Shown piece after piece: positions 50,015 through 60,343 of a stretch of DNA of 64,000 nt. Under the pieces are notes generated by a model, which was not told the DNA's origin, ran no database searches, and was given only the letters and a program-made list of their open reading frames with translations. The position numbers and the translations under genes were made by a program. Location: positions 37,075 to 101,074 of IMG/VR virus record IMGVR_UViG_3300018080_000131; one strand, written 5' to 3'. The first letter of the stretch is position 1, and each line of letters starts with the position of its first letter. The stretch is from a virus.

Positions 50015-51173
50015 GGCTGATAATTATCTTCCTGAAACTATTCAGGAATCTGTTACTAATGGGTTTAATTATTTAGGAATGTATGATTCTTTTAAGAGTT
50101 ATATTAAACCTGGAAATGTAGTTTTTATAAAGCCAAATTGGTGTATTAGTAGGAATAGGAGAAGTTGTTTAGGTAAATATATATTTACTCTTATTACTCA
50201 TCCAAATGTGATTAGAGAAATAGTTAGTAGGGTTGATGATGCTCTTGATGGTAGTGGTGAAATTATTGTAGGGGATTGTCCTACAATAGATGCAGATTGG
50301 AATGAATTGATGTTTATTCAGAATTTATATGATTTAAAAGACAAGACAAAAACAAAATTAAGTTTTGTTGATTTAAGAAATATGGTATGTAAAAATTTAA
50401 AGCATTATGGTAAAAAAGATAAGATGGATATTCAGGTTGGTGATGTTAATGGTCAGGTTTTGTTTAATTTAGGTGAAACATCTATGTTTTATAATATAGA
50501 TAATATGTATTCAAAGAGGCTTCATGGTATTTTTGATTCAGATAAAGATGAAACAATTAGAAATCATTCTGGTATGAGTCAGTGGTATAGTATTTCTTCA
50601 ACAATTTTTAATTCAGATGTATTTATTTCTATTCCCAAGTTGAAAACTCATCATAAAGCTGGAGTAACATTGAATCTAAAAGGGTTGGTTGGTACAGTTT
50701 TGAATAAGAATTTACTTCCTCATTGGACAGATGGGTTTCCTGCTATTGGTGGTGATGCTTATCCAGATTTTAAAACTTGGTTTAAATATTTGTTTAAGAG
50801 AGTAAAGAAAAGAGGAGCTTGGATTGGTAATGATACTATTTGGAGAATGGTTGTAGATTTATATAATATTTTTAGAAATTTATATAAAGGTAAAATGTTT
50901 ACTGTTATTGATGGTGTTGTTGGTGGTGAGGGAAATGGTCCATTTTGTGCAGAACCAAAAGGTTCAAATGTCATAATAATGGGGGATAGTTTTCTTGAGG
51001 CTGATATTGTTTCTACTGAGATGATGGGGTTTAGGATTAAGTGTGTGAAGTATTTATATTATTTTATTAAAACAGGTATTGTGGATAGAAAAAAGATAGA
51101 TATTTACAATGAGGTATACCCAGGATTTTTGAATTTTAAAACTCCTGATGGTTGGGAAAGGATGAGGAAATGA
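49995..51173 (+). CDS. DUF362 domain protein
   Basis: IKPN, THP, PKLKTH, GVTL.LK, DG..GGEGNGP. Confidence 0.85.
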   Translation: MSISIIKADNYLPETIQESVTNGFNYLGMYDSFKSYIKPGNVVFIKPNWCISRNRRSCLGKYIFTLITHPNVIREIVSRVDDALDGSGEIIVGDCPTIDADWNELMFIQNLYDLKDKTKTKLSFVDLRNMVCKNLKHYGKKDKMDIQVGDVNGQVLFNLGETSMFYNIDNMYSKRLHGIFDSDKDETIRNHSGMSQWYSISSTIFNSDVFISIPKLKTHHKAGVTLNLKGLVGTVLNKNLLPHWTDGFPAIGGDAYPDFKTWFKYLFKRVKKRGAWIGNDTIWRMVVDLYNIFRNLYKGKMFTVIDGVVGGEGNGPFCAEPKGSNVIIMGDSFLEADIVSTEMMGFRIKCVKYLYYFIKTGIVDRKKIDIYNEVYPGFLNFKTPDGWERMRK

Positions 51174-51595
51174 TTATTGGATATACAACAGGTGTTTTTG
51201 ATTTGTTTCATATTGGTCATTTGAATCTTCTCAAAAATGCTAAGGCTTTGTGTGATAAATTAGTTGTTGGTGTAACAACAGATGAGCTTATGTTGAAATA
51301 TAAAAATAAAAAAGCAATTATTCCTTTTGAAGATAGGCTTGAAATAATAAGAAATATTAAATGTGTAGATGCTGTTGTTCCTCAGAGAGATATGGATAAG
51401 TTTAGAATGTGGAAAAAATTGAAATTTGATATTATGTTTGTTGGTGATGATTGGTATGAAACATTAAAATGGAAGGAGATTGAATCTCAGTTTAAAATAG
51501 TTGGTGTTAAGATTGTTTATTTTCCATATACAAAAGGTGTTTCTTCTACTTTAATTAATGAAATATTAGAGAAAGAAAGAGGGCTTAGTGAATGA
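51170..51595 (+). CDS. TagD-like (glycerol-3-phosphate) cytidylyltransferase
   Basis: TTGVFDLFHIGH, VGDDW, GVSST. Confidence 0.88.
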   Translation: MIIGYTTGVFDLFHIGHLNLLKNAKALCDKLVVGVTTDELMLKYKNKKAIIPFEDRLEIIRNIKCVDAVVPQRDMDKFRMWKKLKFDIMFVGDDWYETLKWKEIESQFKIVGVKIVYFPYTKGVSSTLINEILEKERGLSE

Positions 51596-52224
51596 ATTTA
51601 ATTCCAAAAGAAGCAAAAAGTTTACCAAGATTAGGTGTTGGTTTAATTGGTGAGAATAGAATTATAGAAGAATTATTCAGATTTAAAGTGTTTATGAATG
51701 AGATTAATGAAGAGTTTTTTCTTGTTGGTGGATTATTACTTGGAGCTATTAGAGAGGATGGGTTATTATCTCATGATAAAGATTTAGATTTTAGAGTTGA
51801 TGGTGATGCTATTTTATATAAGATGTTATGGTTTGAAAAGTTTAAATATAAATATTATGATGTTGCTCATATTGGTTCTTATGGAAATGGTAGAAATGAT
51901 AAGATTCTTTGGTTTAAAAAATATTTTAATGATAAAAGATTTGTTCTTGTTATTGAAATATCTGCTCAATATAAGAAAGATTGTTTTATGTTTTTTAATA
52001 GAGATGTTGGAAAAAGTTTTAAATTTAGAGAAGGAAGATTGGTTTGGAATAAAGATATTTTTAGACCATTTAAGACTTACAATCTATGTGGAATATCTCT
52101 TAATATTCCAAATAAATCTGAAGAGTGGTTAAATGTTATGTATGGTAAAGATAAATGGCAAAAAGAAGAAAAATGGGTTGATTGGAGAGGTCATACTGAA
52201 AATTTATATGAAGGGTATTGGTAA
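51592..52224 (+). CDS. LicD-family phosphotransferase
   Basis: GG.LLGAIRE.G...HD.D.D; IP...E.WL..MYG..W. Confidence 0.8.
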   Translation: MNLIPKEAKSLPRLGVGLIGENRIIEELFRFKVFMNEINEEFFLVGGLLLGAIREDGLLSHDKDLDFRVDGDAILYKMLWFEKFKYKYYDVAHIGSYGNGRNDKILWFKKYFNDKRFVLVIEISAQYKKDCFMFFNRDVGKSFKFREGRLVWNKDIFRPFKTYNLCGISLNIPNKSEEWLNVMYGKDKWQKEEKWVDWRGHTENLYEGYW

Positions 52225-52958
52225 TGTTAACTAGAAAAGATGTTGGACAGCAGATTTATATTGTAAGTTACCCAAGAAGTGGGAATACTTGGATGAGGTT
52301 TTTATTAATGAATATGTTTTATCCAGAAGAGGAGATAAGTTTTCCAAATGTTAATAGACTTGTTCCAGATGCTCATCAGAAAGCTGGTTGGCATAAGCAT
52401 AAAGTTTTTGACCCATTAATATTGAAATGTCATATACAGGAATATGCTCCATATTATGTTTCTAAAAATGTTTATATTTATAGAGATGGTAGAGATGTTG
52501 CTGTTTCTTATTATTATTTCAAAGGACTTGATAAAGAACTTGAGTTTAATGAATATTTATTTAGATTTATAGATGGTGGTCTTCATATGTGGAAGCCTTG
52601 GATAAATCATGTTTATTTTTGGCTTCTTGAGAATCCAAAATTTGATTTTATTCCTATTTGTTATGAAGAGTTAATAAAGAATCCAGAAGAGAATTTAAAA
52701 AAAATAATGTGGTTTTTGAATATAAAGAAGATTGATTCAAGTGATGAAGCTATTGAGAGAGCAGTTAAAAATTGTTGTCATGAGAATCTTTCAAATATTG
52801 CTCAGAGAGATGGTTTAAAACCTAGTCTTCTTGGTAAAAAAGCTAGAACTGGTTATTGGAAAGATTATATTAATAAAGAAATGCTTAATTATTGGTGGAG
52901 AAGAATAGGTGATGTTATGGAAAGAATTGGGTATGAGAAGGGAGAATCAAATAAATGA
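52224..52958 (+). CDS. PAPS-dependent sulfotransferase (Sulfotransfer_1)
   Basis: SYPRSGNTW 5'-PSB loop; YRDGRDVAVSYY 3'-PB motif. Confidence 0.9.
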   Translation: MLTRKDVGQQIYIVSYPRSGNTWMRFLLMNMFYPEEEISFPNVNRLVPDAHQKAGWHKHKVFDPLILKCHIQEYAPYYVSKNVYIYRDGRDVAVSYYYFKGLDKELEFNEYLFRFIDGGLHMWKPWINHVYFWLLENPKFDFIPICYEELIKNPEENLKKIMWFLNIKKIDSSDEAIERAVKNCCHENLSNIAQRDGLKPSLLGKKARTGYWKDYINKEMLNYWWRRIGDVMERIGYEKGESNK

Positions 52959-53653
52959 TTATGTCATTAAAATATAAGTTTTTGTTTAAGCATGTTCCTA
53001 GAGTTGCTGGTAAATCAATTATGAGTACTCTTACTCCTTATAGTGATATTGTTAAAGCTGGTCATGCAGATATGAAAGCTATTAGAAATAGTTTATTGCA
53101 TAGGAATAAATGGAGATTTTTGGTTGATTGTGAAACACCAGATATGGAGCAGGTTGAGATTTATGGAAGACAATTATGTATCAAAGAGAAATTTTTTAAG
53201 ATGAGTCAAGAAGAATATGATGAGTTATTTACTTTTGCTTTTGTCAGGAATCCTTATGGTAGAGAGTTGTCAAGGTATTTGTTTATAGGTAAAAGACCTC
53301 AGCATGTAAGATATAAAGAGGTTAATAATAGAACTTTTGAACAGTGGTTGAAATATTTATATGATAATCCAAATAGAAGACAGAATCAGTTAGATATGTT
53401 AACTGACAAAGAAGGTAAAATGATAATTACATTTGTTGGGAAGTATGAGAATTTGGAAGGTGATTTTAAAACAGTTTGTTCTAAAGTTGGTCTTCCAGCA
53501 GATTTAAAATTATTCCATATTGATTTAGTTGGTATGGAGCATTTAATAAGAAAAGATTATGGTCAATACAAAGACTATTTTACAGATGAAGCTAAGAAAT
53601 TAGTTAGAGAAATTTGTAAAAAAGATATTGAGTATTTTGGCTATGAATTTTAA
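52955..53653 (+). CDS. sulfotransferase (Sulfotransfer_2 family)
   Basis: F.HVPRVAG.S; FVRNPY.R..S.Y; D..YFGY.F. Confidence 0.85.
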   Translation: MIMSLKYKFLFKHVPRVAGKSIMSTLTPYSDIVKAGHADMKAIRNSLLHRNKWRFLVDCETPDMEQVEIYGRQLCIKEKFFKMSQEEYDELFTFAFVRNPYGRELSRYLFIGKRPQHVRYKEVNNRTFEQWLKYLYDNPNRRQNQLDMLTDKEGKMIITFVGKYENLEGDFKTVCSKVGLPADLKLFHIDLVGMEHLIRKDYGQYKDYFTDEAKKLVREICKKDIEYFGYEF

Positions 53654-54596
53654 GGAGAAAGATTTGAAAAAAACAATTTTGGTAACTGGTGGAGCAGGAT
53701 TTGTAGGTTCTGTTCTTATTCCATTATTAATTGAGCAAGGTTATAAGGTAAGGGCATATGATTCTTTATTGTATGGTATTGAACCTGTAATGGGGTTGTT
53801 TTTGAATAAGAACTTTGAGTTGATTAAAGGTGATATTAGAGATGTTGATAGAGTTAAGAAATATTCAGAAGGTGTTGATGCTGTTATTCATTTAGCTTCT
53901 CTTGTTGGGTATCCTATTTGTAAGAAGAATGAGAAAGAAGCTATGTCAGTAAATTCTTATGGTACACAGGCTGTTCTTAATAGTATTCCTTCTAAAGTTC
54001 CTTTTATTTTTGCTTCTACAGGTTCATGTTATGGGAACTTGGAAGGTATTTGTAAGGAAGATTTGCCATTAAAACCTTTAACAATTTATGGTAAATCAAA
54101 AGCTAAAGCTGAGGAGTTTATTCAGAAAAGAGGAAATTATGTGATTTATAGATTTGCTACAGGTTATGGTGTTTCTCCAAGGTTAAGATTAGATTTGATG
54201 ATAAATGATTTTTGTTATAAAGCTGTTAAAGAAAAGAATTTAATTGTATATGAGAAGCATTTTAAGAGAACTTTTATTCATGTATATGATATGGCTAGGT
54301 CTTTTTTATTTGCTGTTGAGAATTTTGATAAGATGAAGAATGAGTGTTTTAATGTTGGTTCTGAAAAGTTGAATTTAACAAAGGAGCAGATAGCTGAATA
54401 TATTAGAAGGTTTGTCCCATATTATTTGCATTATGCTGATTTTGGTCATGATGAGGATAAAAGAGATTATTCTGTAAGTTATGAGAAGATTAGAAAGCTT
54501 GGTTTTGAAACTAAGATTTCTATGGAAGTTGGTATTATTCAATTAATAAGGTTGTTTAAGGCTTTGGAGATTGAAAACAAATATTCAAATGTCTAA
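53643..54596 (+). CDS. NAD-dependent nucleotide-sugar epimerase/dehydratase
   Basis: TGGAGFVG, YGKSK, extended SDR. Confidence 0.9.
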   Translation: MNFKEKDLKKTILVTGGAGFVGSVLIPLLIEQGYKVRAYDSLLYGIEPVMGLFLNKNFELIKGDIRDVDRVKKYSEGVDAVIHLASLVGYPICKKNEKEAMSVNSYGTQAVLNSIPSKVPFIFASTGSCYGNLEGICKEDLPLKPLTIYGKSKAKAEEFIQKRGNYVIYRFATGYGVSPRLRLDLMINDFCYKAVKEKNLIVYEKHFKRTFIHVYDMARSFLFAVENFDKMKNECFNVGSEKLNLTKEQIAEYIRRFVPYYLHYADFGHDEDKRDYSVSYEKIRKLGFETKISMEVGIIQLIRLFKALEIENKYSNV

Positions 54597-54750
54597 TGTC
54601 TAGGAAGAAGATTAAGGCTGTTATAGAGATAGAGTGTTATAATCCACCAGATAGTTGTAAAGGTGAGAGAAGAAGGGAATGGTTGGAAGATTCTATAAGG
54701 ATGGAATTGAAGAAGTTTGATTATAATCTATTAATTTTGGAGATAAAAAA

Positions 54751-54957
54751 ATGATTGATTCAAGATGTAGGTCTTTTGTTAAAGCATTAGTTTGGAGAAT
54801 TATAGGTATTATAATTCTTGGAATTGTAACTTATGTAGTTACTGGAAGCTGGAAAGATGTTGGTATTATCACCATAATATTTCATGGAATAAGAGTTGTT
54901 TTGTATTATTACCATGAAAGAATATGGGAAAAAATTAAATGGGGTAGGAGTTTATAA
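54751..54957 (+). CDS. DUF2061 membrane protein
   Basis: RS.VKA..WR...YYHERIW.KI.WG. Confidence 0.85.
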   Translation: MIDSRCRSFVKALVWRIIGIIILGIVTYVVTGSWKDVGIITIIFHGIRVVLYYYHERIWEKIKWGRSL

Positions 54958-55904
54958 TGAATTTAGAAGGTAAAAAGGTCTTGTTAACTGGAGGCTCAGG
55001 TTTTCTTGGTAGGGTTATTAAAAGAAAACTCTTACTGAAAGATGTGGAGCTTTTTGCTCCAAGGTCTTCAGAAATGAATATGTTGGATTTTAGACAAGTG
55101 TTAGAATATTTTACTGAGGTTGACCCAGAAATTGTAATTCATAGTGGTGCTTATTATGGTGGTCTTGGTATAAATAGGATGTATCCTGCTGAGATATTCT
55201 TTCAGAATACTTTATTTTATGCTCATATTTTAGAGGCTTCAAAGTTGGTTGATGCTAAAAAGGTTGTGATGGTTGGAACTGCATGTTCTTATCCTGATGG
55301 TCTTGAGATTTTGAAAGAAGAGGATTTATGGAGTGGTGCTGTTCACAAGTCAGTACAGAACTATGGTGGTGTAAAAAAGATGATGCAGATTGGGATTGAA
55401 TCTTATAAAAATCAGTATGGAATGGATGGTATCCATGTACTTCTTGCTAATTTGTATGGTGAATGGGATAGTTACAATCCTGAAAGGAGTCATGTTGTTA
55501 GTGCTTTAATTAGGAAATTTGTTGAAGCTAAGATGTTTGATAGACCAGAAGTTGGGGTTTGGGGTACAGGAAGACCTATAAGAGAATTTTTGTATGTGGA
55601 AGATGCAGGAGAGGGTATTGTTAGGGCTACAGAAATGTATGATGATATTTCTCCTTTGAATATAGGAACTGGAATTGGTACAAGTATTAAAGAGCTTGTT
55701 AATTTAATTGCTTATGTTACTGAATATAATGGAAAGATTGTTTGGGAATCTGATAAGCCTGATGGACAGTACAAGAAAATTTTTAGTACTGAGAAAATGG
55801 AAAGGGTTTTGAATTGGAAACCAGAAATGCCTTTAATTGGTGGTCTTAAAAGAACCTGTAAATGGTTTGAAGACAACTATGAAGAGGCTATAAAAAGATT
55901 TTAA
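54957..55904 (+). CDS. fcl: GDP-L-fucose synthase-like epimerase/reductase
   Basis: TGGSGFLG, GG.G.N..YPA..F, GTACSYP, SHVV.ALIRKF, WGTG.P.REFLYV.D, KPDG. Confidence 0.88.
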   Translation: MNLEGKKVLLTGGSGFLGRVIKRKLLLKDVELFAPRSSEMNMLDFRQVLEYFTEVDPEIVIHSGAYYGGLGINRMYPAEIFFQNTLFYAHILEASKLVDAKKVVMVGTACSYPDGLEILKEEDLWSGAVHKSVQNYGGVKKMMQIGIESYKNQYGMDGIHVLLANLYGEWDSYNPERSHVVSALIRKFVEAKMFDRPEVGVWGTGRPIREFLYVEDAGEGIVRATEMYDDISPLNIGTGIGTSIKELVNLIAYVTEYNGKIVWESDKPDGQYKKIFSTEKMERVLNWKPEMPLIGGLKRTCKWFEDNYEEAIKRF

Positions 55905-55916
55905 GGAGAATAAAAT

Positions 55917-56168
55917 ATGGAAACTTTAGGAAGTTTGGTTGATAAGTTAAGCATTGTAAATTTAAAACTTTATCACACAGAAGATATTGCTCAGGAAGAA
56001 GGAGCTAGTGATAAGCAGATTGCAGATGCAAAAAGAAAGATTAGCATTTTGAATAGACAAAGAAATGCTCTTATTGAAGAGATTGATGTTTTATTTGAAG
56101 ATGTTATGAAAGGTAAAAGACCAGTTCCACAAGTGTTTAGACAATTGAAGGATTATGGAAAAAAATAA
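55917..56168 (+). CDS. small helical protein (DUF4254-like)
   Basis: ETLGSLVDKLSI.NLK..H...N.QRN.LIEEID. Confidence 0.6.
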   Translation: METLGSLVDKLSIVNLKLYHTEDIAQEEGASDKQIADAKRKISILNRQRNALIEEIDVLFEDVMKGKRPVPQVFRQLKDYGKK

Positions 56169-56311
56169 TTTAAAACTTATAAAGAAGACAGTAGAAAATA
56201 AAAAAGATACTGACCTTTATATAAGGGATGCATATGGTGAAGAACATATAGTGTTTCCAAAACAAAAAAAGACTATAATTGTCTTGGAAATAAAAAAGAA
56301 GAAGAGGTAAT

Positions 56312-56995
56312 ATGGAAGAGAGTGTATTAATAGATGCTGTTAGAGCAGAAGTAGGGAAAGTAACTTCAACTAGTGGTGAGCTTCCTGATGTTGATATTCA
56401 GAGACAGTACCCTTGGATTTTGGATATAATAGCAGATAGAATAACTATTAAAAAATTAAGGTCTTTTACAACAGTTAAGAATCAAAGAAGATACTCAGTT
56501 AGTACAAGTACAAGAAGGGTTTCAAAGGTTTATCCACCAGGAACAATAGATGAGGAAATTTTAGATTTAGGTGATAGGATTGTAAGAGATTTTGCTGAAG
56601 GAAATGAGTATTATAATTTTCCTTCTATGTGGTATATCAAAATGGCTAGGAAAGTTAGAGGAAGGTCTAGATTTAAATGGTCATTTGATGCTATAGAAAG
56701 AGAGATTCTTGTTGACCCAAAACCTGATGAAGCAGGTGATACTTATTGGTATGTTTCAATTGAAAAAAGTAAGTGGACCTTAACTAATCTTCCTTCTGAT
56801 TTTGAATATCTTGTAGTTGTTGGTACTGCTTGGAAGGCTTTAGAGCAGATTGCATTGAGAAGAAATAGTCTTGGTGGTATTCAAAGAAGTGGAGGAATGG
56901 TTGATTATCCAGCTAGTAGTTTAAATTCTTATATTGAAAGGAAGAAAAGTGATTTCTTTACTGAATTAAATACCAAGGCACTACTCTATAGGTAA
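56312..56995 (+). CDS. head-tail adaptor/neck protein
   Basis: Position; T...QRRY, I.VDP.PD, LP.DFE..V pattern. Confidence 0.55.
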   Translation: MEESVLIDAVRAEVGKVTSTSGELPDVDIQRQYPWILDIIADRITIKKLRSFTTVKNQRRYSVSTSTRRVSKVYPPGTIDEEILDLGDRIVRDFAEGNEYYNFPSMWYIKMARKVRGRSRFKWSFDAIEREILVDPKPDEAGDTYWYVSIEKSKWTLTNLPSDFEYLVVVGTAWKALEQIALRRNSLGGIQRSGGMVDYPASSLNSYIERKKSDFFTELNTKALLYR

Positions 56996-57000
56996 GAATA

Positions 57001-57495
57001 ATGGTTGGTTTAGAATTCTCTCTTGATTATGGAAGATATAGGCAAAGGCTGAAAAATTTATATCAAAGAGCTATTCCTTGGTTTAAAGATACTTTCAGGG
57101 ATATGGCTACAAAGGCTTATACAGATATTAAAGAGGCTACTCCTGAAACTTCTCCAGGTAGAACTGAAATTAGAGATTTGTGGAGAATGGAACATACAAC
57201 AAGTGGAATGGTGGAAACTTTTATTATTAAGAATCTTTACCAGGATGAGAAAGTGTTGATATTTTTTGAGAAGGGAACTAAACCACATATTATAAGACCA
57301 GTTAATGCAAAGTTTTTGCATTTCTTTATTGAAGATACTGGAGAGGAGATATTTACAAAACTGGTACATCATCCAGGTACACCAGCTTATAAAATGGTTG
57401 AACCAGCTAAAGAAGAGTTGAATGAGAAAGCAGATTTTTATATACAGAATTTTTTTCAAAATTTAGATAGATTGATGAATGAGGGAGTAAAATAA
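57001..57495 (+). CDS. HK97 gp10-like tail completion protein
   Basis: FEKGTKPHIIRP..AK.L.F...F.K.VHHPGT. Confidence 0.75.
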   Translation: MVGLEFSLDYGRYRQRLKNLYQRAIPWFKDTFRDMATKAYTDIKEATPETSPGRTEIRDLWRMEHTTSGMVETFIIKNLYQDEKVLIFFEKGTKPHIIRPVNAKFLHFFIEDTGEEIFTKLVHHPGTPAYKMVEPAKEELNEKADFYIQNFFQNLDRLMNEGVK

Positions 57496-57926
57496 TGGCT
57501 ATATATTATGGAAAGGGTAGTAAAGAAGCAATTCTTTCTAATCTTGGTAGTGAGTTAGGTGAAATTACTGGAATACAGTTTGTTGATTATCAGAGAGTTT
57601 ATAATTCAGGAATAGATAAGGATAAGTATCCAGGTGTTTTTATAAATGATTTAAGGACAGATAAAACAAGGGTATTGAAGGATGTTGTCAGAAATATATT
57701 TACTGTTGGAATAGTGGGTTTTGTTTGGGTTGATGATGATGAGGATTTGGCTACAGAATTGAATTCTTTTATGGAAAGTGTGAAAGATAAGCTTATGGAA
57801 GATAATACAAGGAGTTCAAATGCATATGATACTAGAATAACTACAATTGAAACTGATGCTGGGAGTAGGCATCCACAGGGAGTTTTTATAATTATTCTTG
57901 AAATATTGTTTTTTAGTAGTGAGTAA
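57495..57926 (+). CDS. tail terminator-like protein
   Basis: Size, position and YP.V.I pattern. Confidence 0.5.
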   Translation: MAIYYGKGSKEAILSNLGSELGEITGIQFVDYQRVYNSGIDKDKYPGVFINDLRTDKTRVLKDVVRNIFTVGIVGFVWVDDDEDLATELNSFMESVKDKLMEDNTRSSNAYDTRITTIETDAGSRHPQGVFIIILEILFFSSE

Positions 57927-57936
57927 GGAGTGAATA

Positions 57937-58365
57937 ATGGCTGAAAATAGAAGAAGTATTTTGTCAAATTTGGAAACTGCTCTTGGTAATGTTTCAGGTG
58001 TTAATACTGTTCTTAGATTCTATACTAATCTTGATGTAACACAATATACAGAAGCAGAGCTTCCTTTAATAGCTGTTAAAGAGCCTGGAGAAGAGAATGA
58101 CACAGAAATGACAGGTAGAAGGGCTATGGTTAGTATAGATTTGATGATTAGGTTGTATTTTGTAACTTGGGGGATTAATCCAACAAGCACATATGAAACT
58201 TTGGTTAAGAATATTAGAGATGAAATTGGAGAAGATTTTCATCTTAATAATAAATCTGTTGCTACTTGGGTTACAAGTGTTTCAGATATAGATGGTGATA
58301 TGCCTTTGTATTCTGTTGATATAGGTTTAAGATGTTTATATTATCAGAATCAACAGGCTACATAA
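57937..58365 (+). CDS. second tail terminator-like protein
   Basis: Similar size and N-terminus (ILSNL..LG) to the preceding gene. Confidence 0.5.
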   Translation: MAENRRSILSNLETALGNVSGVNTVLRFYTNLDVTQYTEAELPLIAVKEPGEENDTEMTGRRAMVSIDLMIRLYFVTWGINPTSTYETLVKNIRDEIGEDFHLNNKSVATWVTSVSDIDGDMPLYSVDIGLRCLYYQNQQAT

Positions 58366-58597
58366 AGGTGATAATATGAAAAGAAAAAGAAAAGGAAAAA
58401 GGATTGATATTTGGTATTGTACTTATGTTGGTGAACATAAACATATATCATATACTGGTGTAGGAAGAGTTACACCAGGAGAAGAGTATCCTATTAAAGA
58501 TAAAAGTATAGCTGATTGTTTAAGGCTTTCTAAAAATTGGAAGGTTAGAAAAAGCTATATTTATGAGAAAGACTAATAGGGTTGTGGAGGAAATAAA

Positions 58598-59773
58598 TTG
58601 AGTAATTGTGCATTAAATTTTGCTTTTGCTAATGAAGAAGAATGTTTTATTGTGAAAGAAACTAGTTGTGGAAGTTTGAAGAAACCTGGAGCAGATAATA
58701 GAGTTTATACTGTTGGTCCAATAGATTTTACCCAGGAACAGGAATTTTTAGATGATGAGCAGATTAGAGCAGGAGCTTCTAGGTTGTCTCCTATTAAAGG
58801 AAGGAAGACTCCTGGTGATTATAGCTTTAACACATATGTTAAGCCAAGTGGTACTCTTGGTACTGCTCCTGAACATGATGTTTTGTTTGATTGTCTAATG
58901 GGTAGTAAAACAGTTAATGCTGGAACTAGTGTAGTTTATTCACTAGCTAACCAGCTTGATTCTTTCTCTTTATGGGTAAAGAAAGGTCATACTGTTTTTG
59001 CTTTTAGAGGTGCTACTGTTCAAACTGCTGAATTTGGTGTTTCTGGTGATGCTATTGCTGGTATTTCATGGAGTGGTAATTATATGGAGCAGAAATGGGC
59101 TGGAACTGGTACAGTTAATGGTGCAGTTGATGGTTCTGGTGTTCCTGTAACTGAGTTGACTATGAAACCAGGACAAGCTAAAAGATATTGTGAAGGAATG
59201 TATATTGAAGTTGGAACTAATGATAATGGTGGAAATGGTTTTAGAATTACTAATGTTAATTATTCTACTAATAAACTTACTATTGCTGGTGGGGTTGATG
59301 ATGACCAAGGAACTGACCCAGCAGTAACTCCTTGGTTACCTATTGCTGGTGCTGAGGTTGGTACTCCTGTTCATGGCAAGATTGGAATGGTAACTATTGG
59401 TGGAGATAATTGTATTGTGCTTTCTGCTACAGTTTCTATCAATAATAATATTAAGTATTATATTGATGAGAAGAATAATGAATGGACAGCAGAAAGGTTT
59501 GGAAGACCTACTATCAGAGAAATTGAAGGTAATTTAGATTTGTATTTTCTTGAAGAAGGTCCAAACTATTTCTATGAAGCTGAATACCAACAGCAAGATG
59601 CTTTAATTATTCCTGCTGGTAATGTATCAGGATATATAATGAGTATTTCTATTCCTTATGCTGAATATAGAACTCCTAGAGTTACTGGTGATGAGGAATT
59701 TATGCAAAGTTTACCTTATATAGCTGTTGCAAGTTCAAGCTTGAATGATGAGATGACTATTACTTTTCAATAA
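58598..59773 (+). CDS. major tail (tube) protein
   Basis: Beta-rich 391 aa protein just upstream of chaperones; TTG start with GGAGG RBS; followed by hairpin. Confidence 0.75.
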   Translation: MSNCALNFAFANEEECFIVKETSCGSLKKPGADNRVYTVGPIDFTQEQEFLDDEQIRAGASRLSPIKGRKTPGDYSFNTYVKPSGTLGTAPEHDVLFDCLMGSKTVNAGTSVVYSLANQLDSFSLWVKKGHTVFAFRGATVQTAEFGVSGDAIAGISWSGNYMEQKWAGTGTVNGAVDGSGVPVTELTMKPGQAKRYCEGMYIEVGTNDNGGNGFRITNVNYSTNKLTIAGGVDDDQGTDPAVTPWLPIAGAEVGTPVHGKIGMVTIGGDNCIVLSATVSINNNIKYYIDEKNNEWTAERFGRPTIREIEGNLDLYFLEEGPNYFYEAEYQQQDALIIPAGNVSGYIMSISIPYAEYRTPRVTGDEEFMQSLPYIAVASSSLNDEMTITFQ

Positions 59774-59798
59774 GTAATGTGTTTTTATTAGATAATTA

Positions 59799-59834
59799 TG
59801 GGAGAGGAGATTTGGTTGCCAAACTCTTCTCCCA
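59799..59834 (+). terminator. stem-loop after tail tube gene
   Basis: TGGGAGAGGAG...CTCTTCTCCCA followed by a T-rich run. Confidence 0.6.
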
Positions 59835-59848
59835 GATATTTTTAATTT

Positions 59849-60343
59849 ATGGAGGAATTATTTATGGAACAAGAAGTTAAAGAGAAAAAAATGAATCTAG
59901 CTGATTCTATTAGAAAGGCTGGAACAAAGAAAAGTGTTGTGGAGTTTAAAAATCCTGATATTCCTGAATTCTATGTGAAGATTTCTTATGCTAGTAAGTT
60001 TATCATGAATCAAATAGCTGATACTGCTAGGGAGATTTCTAATGATAGAATGGGAAGGAAGATTGAGAGATTTAATGAAGATACTCTAAGAAAAGAGTAT
60101 GCAACAAAAATTATTCAAGGATGGAGAGGTTTAACTAGTGAGAAGTTGGCTAAGTTAATTCCTACTTTGCAGTATGATGAGGAAGAGAAGAACAGAGAAA
60201 TACCTTATGATGTTGATACTGCTGTTGCTATATTTGAAGTGTCAGGTGAGTTTGAGAATTGGGTTTTGACAGTTTGTACTGAGGTTAGTAATTTTACTCA
60301 TATTGCAAAACAAAAAGATGAAGAATATGAAAATTTAAAGTAG
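59849..60343 (+). CDS. tail assembly chaperone (gpG-like)
   Basis: Between tube and tape measure; ends in a slippery heptamer. Confidence 0.8.
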   Translation: MEELFMEQEVKEKKMNLADSIRKAGTKKSVVEFKNPDIPEFYVKISYASKFIMNQIADTAREISNDRMGRKIERFNEDTLRKEYATKIIQGWRGLTSEKLAKLIPTLQYDEEEKNREIPYDVDTAVAIFEVSGEFENWVLTVCTEVSNFTHIAKQKDEEYENLK

